64,000 nt of DNA from an uncultured Alphaproteobacteria bacterium. GTDB taxonomy: Bacteria > Pseudomonadota > Alphaproteobacteria > CAAHEQ01 > UBA3637. Below the pieces are notes generated by a model that saw only the letters and a program-made list of their open reading frames with translations, had not been told where the DNA came from and searched no databases. This document shows, piece by piece, positions 56,539-64,000 of the stretch (the first letter of the stretch is position 1; each line of letters opens with the position of its first letter). The translations under genes were made by a program, and so were the position numbers. The stretch spans positions 44,631 to 108,630 of the forward strand of contig CAKQGY010000004.1 of the NCBI GenBank assembly GCA_934234055.1, written 5' to 3'.

Positions 56539-57225
56539 CTATTTTAGAGGATAGAGTTGGGTGCGGGTGCGGGGGAGAGCGTGTTTAAGGGCGAAGGTCT
56601 GTAAAAAATAACCGGTAAGGTTGAGCCCGTTTTGAATGTCGGTGGCTGTGGCGGGGGAATCTTGCCACATAAAACGCGGTAAGGGCAGTAGCTTGGTTCG
56701 GTAAGGGGCTCCGACAGAACGGCTGACGGCACGGCCGGTTTTGGGCGAAATATATGCCAGATCCGTCGGGTCGCCCCCGCCCGCGCAACCCGATGTATCC
56801 AGGCCGAAACCAACCTCGGACAGCAGAGCTTGTTCAAAGCGGATATACCGCATTAAAAAATCATCTGTATCCAGTTGATTTAAAAAGGTAAAAACGGTAT
56901 CATACAAGTCGGGAAATGCTTGGTGCTCGGGCAGTAAATCGTCCAGCAAAGCGCATACACAAAACAGGCATGCCAGGCGTTGCCTGTCGTCCAAATAACG
57001 AGCGGCAAAAGAATGGGTCTCCTCCAAATAAAAATGTCCGAGTTGTTCGGCCAGGCGTGCTTGCCACCGGCCGGCCACAAAAGTGCCGGTGTTGGGCGGC
57101 TGCTTTTTATTCACAACGCCCAATGCCCGACCCTGCTCCCGGGTGAAAATGGCCGTGATAAATGACCGCTCGCCCAGGCGCCGGGACGATAAAACCAGTG
57201 CTTTCTCCCAGGTGAAATCAGGCAT
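56539..57225 (-). CDS. recO: DNA repair protein RecO
   Basis: Internal ATG (MPDFTWEKALVLSSRRLGERS...) overlaps the era stop. Canonical era-recO order. Confidence 0.8.
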   Translation of the reverse strand: MPDFTWEKALVLSSRRLGERSFITAIFTREQGRALGVVNKKQPPNTGTFVAGRWQARLAEQLGHFYLEETHSFAARYLDDRQRLACLFCVCALLDDLLPEHQAFPDLYDTVFTFLNQLDTDDFLMRYIRFEQALLSEVGFGLDTSGCAGGGDPTDLAYISPKTGRAVSRSVGAPYRTKLLPLPRFMWQDSPATATDIQNGLNLTGYFLQTFALKHALPRTRTQLYPLK

Positions 57226-58126
57226 TGAAATCCAAGCCCCAGTCCGTGTATTGGGCGGGGTCTTCCTGCCAGTTTTCTTTGACTTTGACGAACAAAAACA
57301 GGTGGACGGGACGCTCAAATAATTGCGCCAGTTCAAACCGGGCGGCGGCCCCGATTTTTTTAATCATTTTGCCGCCCTTGCCCAGCACAATGGAGCGTTG
57401 GGCGGTGCGCTCAACATAAATGGTTTGTTCAATCCGAATGCCGTTTTTCTGCTCGGTGAACGCGTTGGTTTCTACCGCGGTGGTGTAGGGGAGTTCTTGC
57501 TGTAAATTGAGGAAGAGCTTTTCACGCGTAATTTCGGCCGCAAATAACCGGTTGGGCAGGTCCGAAAGCTCGTCATCGGGGAACAGCCACAATCCCCGCG
57601 GCGCCAAGGAAATCAAGTGCTGTTTAAGGTCATCGGTGTTCTCGCCGGTTTGGGCCGAAATCAAAAATGTGTCCGTGAAAATCGGATAGGTATTGAGCCG
57701 TGCAATCAACGGGAGGAGTTTGTCCTTGGGCAAGAGGTCAATCTTGTTGAGCACAAGGATTGTCTTTTGTTTGTTCTGAATCAAAGATTGAATGATGGAT
57801 TCGGTGTTTTTATCCACGCCCTTGGTCGCGTCAACCAACAGCAGGCGAATGTCGGAATCCTGGGACTCGGCCCAGGCGGAGGCTACCATCGCGCGATCCA
57901 GGCGGCGGGAGGGCTTGAATATCCCCGGCGTATCGGCCAGAACCAGTTGGGTGTTGCCCTGAACCAAAATACCGCGAATGCGCGTGCGGGTGGTTTGAAC
58001 TTTGGGCGAAACGATGGAAACTTTGGCTCCGACCAAGCGATTGACCAACGTGGATTTGCCGGCGTTGGGTGCCCCCAGCACGGCGATAAAAGCAAAATGT
58101 TGTTGGCTGATGTCAGGTGTCGGCAT
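57218..58126 (-). CDS. era: GTPase Era
   Basis: G1 GAPNAGKST, G3 DTPG, G4 NKID, and a KH domain at the C-terminus. Confidence 0.95.
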   Translation of the reverse strand: MPTPDISQQHFAFIAVLGAPNAGKSTLVNRLVGAKVSIVSPKVQTTRTRIRGILVQGNTQLVLADTPGIFKPSRRLDRAMVASAWAESQDSDIRLLLVDATKGVDKNTESIIQSLIQNKQKTILVLNKIDLLPKDKLLPLIARLNTYPIFTDTFLISAQTGENTDDLKQHLISLAPRGLWLFPDDELSDLPNRLFAAEITREKLFLNLQQELPYTTAVETNAFTEQKNGIRIEQTIYVERTAQRSIVLGKGGKMIKKIGAAARFELAQLFERPVHLFLFVKVKENWQEDPAQYTDWGLDFNA

Positions 58127-58748
58127 GATTGATGTCCTCTAAAAAGTTGGTGGCGGCGGATTGTTCGGCCAGTTTTTTGTTGCTGCCGGTGCCGGTGATG
58201 GTCCGATCGCCGATTTGAACCTGAACCGTGAAGACCGGTGAATGATCGGGGCCGGTGCGCGAAAGCAAGGTGTAGGTCGGCAGAACTTTGAACTTCTTTT
58301 GCGCCCATTCTTGAAGCGCGGATTTGGCGTCCTGAGGAATCTGAACCTCGGCCTCAATCAGGCGCGACCAGATCGGCTCCATAAACGCTTGAACGGCGGC
58401 AAGCCCCTGATCCAAATAGAGCGCGGCAATTATCGCTTCGCACACATCGGAAAGCACGGAAGCGTTGTGGCGCAAGGCGGCCTCGTTCGTGGAAAGCAGC
58501 GCCGGCAGGCCGAGATCTTGGGCAACCCCGGCCAGAGTCTCCTCGCGCACCAGAGCAACGAATCGCTTGGCCATGGCACCCTCGCGCTCGTTCGGAAAAC
58601 GACGATACAGCATTTCGGCCACCACCAGCCCCAGCACCCGATCGCCCAGGAATTCTAAACGCTCGTATCCCGCGGGGCGTCCGTTGTGCGACAGGCGCAG
58701 GGCTTGCTTAAAAAGAGATTTATCGTGAAAAACCGGTAATTTGTTCAT
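58113..58748 (-). CDS. rnc: ribonuclease III
   Basis: Signature ERLEFLGD and a dsRBD C-terminus. The ATG overlaps the lepB stop (ATGA). Confidence 0.9.
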   Translation of the reverse strand: MNKLPVFHDKSLFKQALRLSHNGRPAGYERLEFLGDRVLGLVVAEMLYRRFPNEREGAMAKRFVALVREETLAGVAQDLGLPALLSTNEAALRHNASVLSDVCEAIIAALYLDQGLAAVQAFMEPIWSRLIEAEVQIPQDAKSALQEWAQKKFKVLPTYTLLSRTGPDHSPVFTVQVQIGDRTITGTGSNKKLAEQSAATNFLEDINHADT

Positions 58749-59485
58749 TTGTATAACCCCTTGAAAAACCGTTCCAGGCGCAGAGAATCGCCCCACTTCC
58801 AAAATTGCCACAGCGCGCCGGCGCCGTTGTTGGAATAGAAAATAAAGCGGGCTTTGCCCTCTAAATTTTGGGCTGGGACAAAGCCGAAGACGCGGCTGTC
58901 CTGGGAGTTGTCACGGTTGTCGCCCATCATAAAATAATGCCCCGACGGCACAACAAATAACGCCGTATCGTCCAGCATTTTGTGGTCGGATTGCTCGTAT
59001 ATATAATGTGATATACCGCCGGGAAGGGTTTCCAAATACTTGGTATAATGAACCAGACCTTCAACCTCTACAACCCAATCCTCGCGCGCAATTTCCCGGC
59101 GGGGGACAAGTTCGCCGTTGATGTAAAGGCGGCCGGCGCGCATCTGAATACTGTCGCCCGGCAGGCCGATGACGCGCTTGATGTAATCGGTGCTGTTGTC
59201 GGTGGGAACCTTGAAAATCACGATGTCGCCGCGCCGGGGCTCGCGTCCGAACAGGCGGCCGTGCGGAACGAACGGAACAGATAACGGGAACGAATGGCGA
59301 GAATAGCCGTAATCATATTTCGTGACGAAAATATAATCTCCGATCAGCAAGGTCGGCACCATAGAACTGGACGGGATATTATACGGCTCAAAAACGCAAG
59401 AGCGAATGGCCAGCGCAATCAGAACCGCCCAAAGAAGGCCTTTGGCCTCGGTCCACCAAGTGTGTTTTTTTTCTTGTTTTACCAT
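58745..59485 (-). CDS. lepB: signal peptidase I
   Basis: 246 aa. SSSMVPTL catalytic Ser box, KRVIGLPGD, GDNRDNSQDSR. Confidence 0.9.
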   Translation of the reverse strand: MVKQEKKHTWWTEAKGLLWAVLIALAIRSCVFEPYNIPSSSMVPTLLIGDYIFVTKYDYGYSRHSFPLSVPFVPHGRLFGREPRRGDIVIFKVPTDNSTDYIKRVIGLPGDSIQMRAGRLYINGELVPRREIAREDWVVEVEGLVHYTKYLETLPGGISHYIYEQSDHKMLDDTALFVVPSGHYFMMGDNRDNSQDSRVFGFVPAQNLEGKARFIFYSNNGAGALWQFWKWGDSLRLERFFKGLYK

Positions 59486-59538
59486 TGCAAAAAAATCCTT
59501 TATCTGATATAATGCAAAACATATTTTCGATAATATAG

Positions 59539-61174
<1,636 letters not shown>

Positions 61175-61261
61175 ACAGGTTTATATCGATCGGGGTATCG
61201 CAGGAGCACGGGTATATATGATGGGCGAAAAAGGCAAAGCCAGAAACCCTATGTCCTCCCC

Positions 61262-62923
61262 CTAGTCATCCAGATCGGTATTGTCTTCAACAGGCACTTC
61301 GTCGGAGGTTTCGACAGGCTTGTGTGGGCGAACCTTGTCAATTTTGGCGCCTGAAAACGCTGATAAAACAGCGTTGACGGTCGGGGTTTGTTTCAGCTCG
61401 GCAATCAGGGCGGATTGCTTGGCCTCTTTGACCTCGTGCAGGGTTTGACCGCCACCCGAAACCTGCGCCTGCAAGATCCAGTTGATACCGGTTGTTTTGG
61501 TTAAAAACTGCGTCAGGCGCGCCGATAAGTCTCGCGGAGAATCGGGCGTTAAAACACATTGAATTTGACCGGGCGACAGAGCCACCGGCCGAATGCCGGT
61601 TTCAACCTGAAACGCCAAAACACGTTCGCCTTTTTGCCGAGCCAGGGCCACAATATCCTGTAAGGTGTGAATGGCACATTGCGGTTGGGCGGGAGCCGAT
61701 TGCACCGGCGCCGGAGCCGGTTGAGCAGTTAGTGCCGGGGCGGGTTTAACCGCGGGCGGCAGGGTCAGTGATTTTTTTTTTGCCTCGGCCAATATCTCGG
61801 CCGGCGGGGGTAAATCGGATAAATACGCCAATCGGATCAACACCATTTCAAGCGCTTGGAGCGGTATGTCGGAGGAGCGAACCTCTTGCAGCCCTTTGAG
61901 CAAAACCTGCCACGCGATGTTGAGTGAGCCCATAGATAACTTTTTTGCCAAATCTTGACCCAGGGCGCGTTCGGCCTCGGACAAAGTAATGTCGGACGCC
62001 GTTTGCGGGATAATTTTGACTTTGGTCAACCAGTGTGTCAGATTGAGTAAATCCTGAACAATTTCAAACGGATCGGCACCCGCGGCGTATTGCGAATCCA
62101 ATTCTGTCAGGGCGGTGTTAATTTTGCCCTGCATCAGGTTGTCAAACAAGGTAAGCAGAGCCGTCTTGTCCGCCAGGCCCAGCATTTGCCGCACGCCCGT
62201 TGTGGTCAGGTTCCCTTGAAGTTGGGTCATGGCCTGATCCATCAGGGACAGCGAATCACGCACCGACCCGCCGCCGGCCTGTGCCAGCAATTTAAGCGCG
62301 TCGGGCTCGGCCGATACATTTTCCTTTTGCGCAATGGATGCCAAATGGTTGGTCAGCGTGGTCGTGTCCAGGCGTTTGAGGTCAAAGCGCTGGCACCGCG
62401 ATAAAATTGTAACGGGGACTTTGCGCACCTCGGTCGTGGCCAGGATAAATTTAATGCGTTCGGGCGGCTCCTCCAAAGTCTTTAACAGAGCGTTAAAGGC
62501 CGGTTTGGATAGCATATGGACTTCGTCAATGATGTAAATCTTGAACCGCGCGGAGACGGGATTATACTTGGCTCCCTCTATAATCTCGCGAATGTTGTCA
62601 ACGCCGGTGTTGCTGGCCGCGTCAATTTCAATCACATCAATGTGTGAATCGTTGGCAATGTCAATACAGTGCTGACATTTACCGCAGGGGTTGGCCGTCA
62701 TACCCCCCCGGCCGTCGGGACCGATACAGTTGAGCCCCTTGGCAATGATGCGGGCGGAACTGGTCTTGCCGACACCACGAATACCGGTCAGCAAATACGC
62801 ATGCGCCAATCGATTTGTGGCAATCGCATTCGTGATTGTGCGAACCAGCGCGTCTTGACCGATTAAATCGGCAAAAACCTGAGGTCTGTATTTTCGTGCT
62901 AAAACGTGTGATGTGCCCGCCAT
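61262..62923 (-). CDS. dnaX: DNA polymerase III subunit gamma/tau
   Basis: LARKYRPQVFADLIGQ, Walker A GIRGVGKTS, zinc module CGKCQHC, IDEVHML. ATG at 62923 preferred because the longer TTG start overlaps the SRP RNA. Confidence 0.9.
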   Translation of the reverse strand: MAGTSHVLARKYRPQVFADLIGQDALVRTITNAIATNRLAHAYLLTGIRGVGKTSSARIIAKGLNCIGPDGRGGMTANPCGKCQHCIDIANDSHIDVIEIDAASNTGVDNIREIIEGAKYNPVSARFKIYIIDEVHMLSKPAFNALLKTLEEPPERIKFILATTEVRKVPVTILSRCQRFDLKRLDTTTLTNHLASIAQKENVSAEPDALKLLAQAGGGSVRDSLSLMDQAMTQLQGNLTTTGVRQMLGLADKTALLTLFDNLMQGKINTALTELDSQYAAGADPFEIVQDLLNLTHWLTKVKIIPQTASDITLSEAERALGQDLAKKLSMGSLNIAWQVLLKGLQEVRSSDIPLQALEMVLIRLAYLSDLPPPAEILAEAKKKSLTLPPAVKPAPALTAQPAPAPVQSAPAQPQCAIHTLQDIVALARQKGERVLAFQVETGIRPVALSPGQIQCVLTPDSPRDLSARLTQFLTKTTGINWILQAQVSGGGQTLHEVKEAKQSALIAELKQTPTVNAVLSAFSGAKIDKVRPHKPVETSDEVPVEDNTDLDD

Positions 62924-62944
62924 AATCTTTTTCCCGTAATCAGA

Positions 62945-63029
62945 GGAAGACACGCGACCCGCCAACGGAAAATGGGCTGCTTCCTTCCGGACCTGACCCG
63001 CTGTTTTAGGTTGTCGTCCGCGGCCTTCC
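62945..63029 (-). ncRNA. ffs: signal recognition particle RNA (4.5S, small type)
   Basis: The minus strand contains GGTCAGGTCCGGAAGGAAGCAGCC (conserved domain IV) within a closing helix GGAAGGCCGCGGACG.../...GGGTCGCGTGTCTTCC. Canonical position upstream of dnaX. Confidence 0.85.
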
Positions 63030-63072
63030 GAACTTGATTATATCGGCTTTTTCAGAAAAAGTCAATGAAAAC

Positions 63073-63306
63073 TTATTCTTTGACAAATAAATTACAGTGG
63101 CAATGCCCCATTTCGGCAATTTCTTTTTCGTGTTCGCCGCACGGGCAATAGCCCCGCGATACATCGCACGGACAGTGGCCGTCGCACGCCGTCAGGCAAC
63201 GGTTGATAATCTTGTCCGCGTAAGGGGATAGTTTATACCCCTTGGCCCGCGCATATAATTCTACGACATGTTTGAAATGTTCTTTATCCATTTTTTTTCC
63301 TTTCAT
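63073..63306 (-). CDS. ferredoxin-thioredoxin reductase catalytic-subunit-like protein
   Basis: 77 aa. CPC...CPC...CHC arrangement (DGHCPCDVSRGYCPCGEHEKEIAEMGHCHCNLF). Confidence 0.6.
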   Translation of the reverse strand: MKGKKMDKEHFKHVVELYARAKGYKLSPYADKIINRCLTACDGHCPCDVSRGYCPCGEHEKEIAEMGHCHCNLFVKE

Positions 63307-63797
63307 TAAAATAAAAAACTAAACCCGAATAATACCAGCGCCGCATACATACCGGCAATGACATCATCCATCATCACACCGAAAGCCGTGTGTACCTGAC
63401 CGTCGAAATACGAGGCCGGCCAGACCTTGGCAATATCAAAAAACCGGAACAGTGCGAATCCGCAAATCAAATAATACCACGAAAATCCGCCGGACGCAAC
63501 CAAAACAAAAGTCAATAACTGACCGACGGTTTCGTCTATGACCACAAAGCCGGGGTCGGAGTCGGATTGAGAGCGCAACACGATGCCGGTGGCCCAGACG
63601 CCTGCGATAAATAAAACGGCCGCTGTCAGGAACAAAAAAGTCGGTCCCAGTCCTAATCCCAGTGCCGCCAGAGGCAGGGTGCAAAACGACCCGACGGTGC
63701 CGGGGGCCCGAGGAGACAAACCCGAACCCAGCCAGGTAGCCAGTGTCCAGGCCGCTGTTTCGCGTGGGGTTGAGCGGGCAAGAGTTGATAATTTCAT
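63306..63797 (-). CDS. pgpA: phosphatidylglycerophosphatase A
   Basis: 163 aa. GSGLSPRAPGTVGS, VVIDETVGQ, RFFDIAKVWP. Confidence 0.85.
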   Translation of the reverse strand: MKLSTLARSTPRETAAWTLATWLGSGLSPRAPGTVGSFCTLPLAALGLGLGPTFLFLTAAVLFIAGVWATGIVLRSQSDSDPGFVVIDETVGQLLTFVLVASGGFSWYYLICGFALFRFFDIAKVWPASYFDGQVHTAFGVMMDDVIAGMYAALVLFGFSFLF

Positions 63798-64000
63798 ACA
63801 GATCCTCCCGAAGGTAAAGTAAAGGGTGGAACGGGTGCGTCAGTCGAATCGGTGGGGGCGGGAGTGTCTTCTTCCTCGCCGGTGCGCACAACGGCGTCCA
63901 GTTCAAAAAACGAGCAAATGAAATCTGAAAAAAGCGGAATATCAGGAGCGTCAAACAACTCCATACGCACCAAAAAGACATTGTTCTTGCGGTAATAATC
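63794..64000 (-). CDS. C-terminal fragment of an unidentified protein (gene starts beyond window end)
   Basis: Hand translation gives ...DYYRKNNVFLVRMELFDAPDIPLFSDFICSFFELDAVVRTGEEEDTPAPTDSTDAPVPPFTLPSGGSV. The stop overlaps the pgpA ATG (ATGA). Confidence 0.4.
   Translation of the reverse strand, partial: DYYRKNNVFLVRMELFDAPDIPLFSDFICSFFELDAVVRTGEEEDTPAPTDSTDAPVPPFTLPSGGSV

Overview
This is a 64-kb chromosomal segment from an alphaproteobacterium; GcrA and alpha-type gene neighbourhoods support that placement. Most of it is ordinary housekeeping: thrS, ppa, kdsB, lolCD, tRNA-Ser, tyrS, rpsU, lon, rpmJ, lnt, xseB-ispA, nth, gcrA, polA, pheST, queH, lepB-rnc-era-recO, tgt, ffs-dnaX and pgpA. 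Accessory content includes an isolated virB3-virB4 pair with a distant VirB8-like gene, an O-antigen-type sugar cluster (gmd plus a ColD-like 3-dehydratase, suggesting colitose), a MacAB-TolC-type efflux operon and a lone type IV pilin-like gene. The most interesting part is a compact podovirus-type particle gene set at 28.2-38.2 kb. It encodes portal, scaffold, capsid, two tail-tube-like proteins, terminase, a SleB-type lysin and holin-like proteins. The window contains no integrase or replication module. The tail-fibre and chaperone-like genes lie about 10 kb away (18.0-19.4 kb), behind housekeeping genes. Both loci begin with a near-identical consensus sigma70 promoter (47 of 54 nt identical), followed by intrinsic terminators before the first gene. 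That layout suggests antitermination-type control of a domesticated, GTA-like element. The window also holds a C-rich degenerate tandem-repeat tract and at least 13 copies of a hairpin repeat family that shows compensatory stem changes. I saw no rRNA, CRISPR array, transposase or integrase. All functional calls rest on motifs, gene order and recall of protein families, not on database searches. Hand-located coordinates may be off by 1-2 nt.
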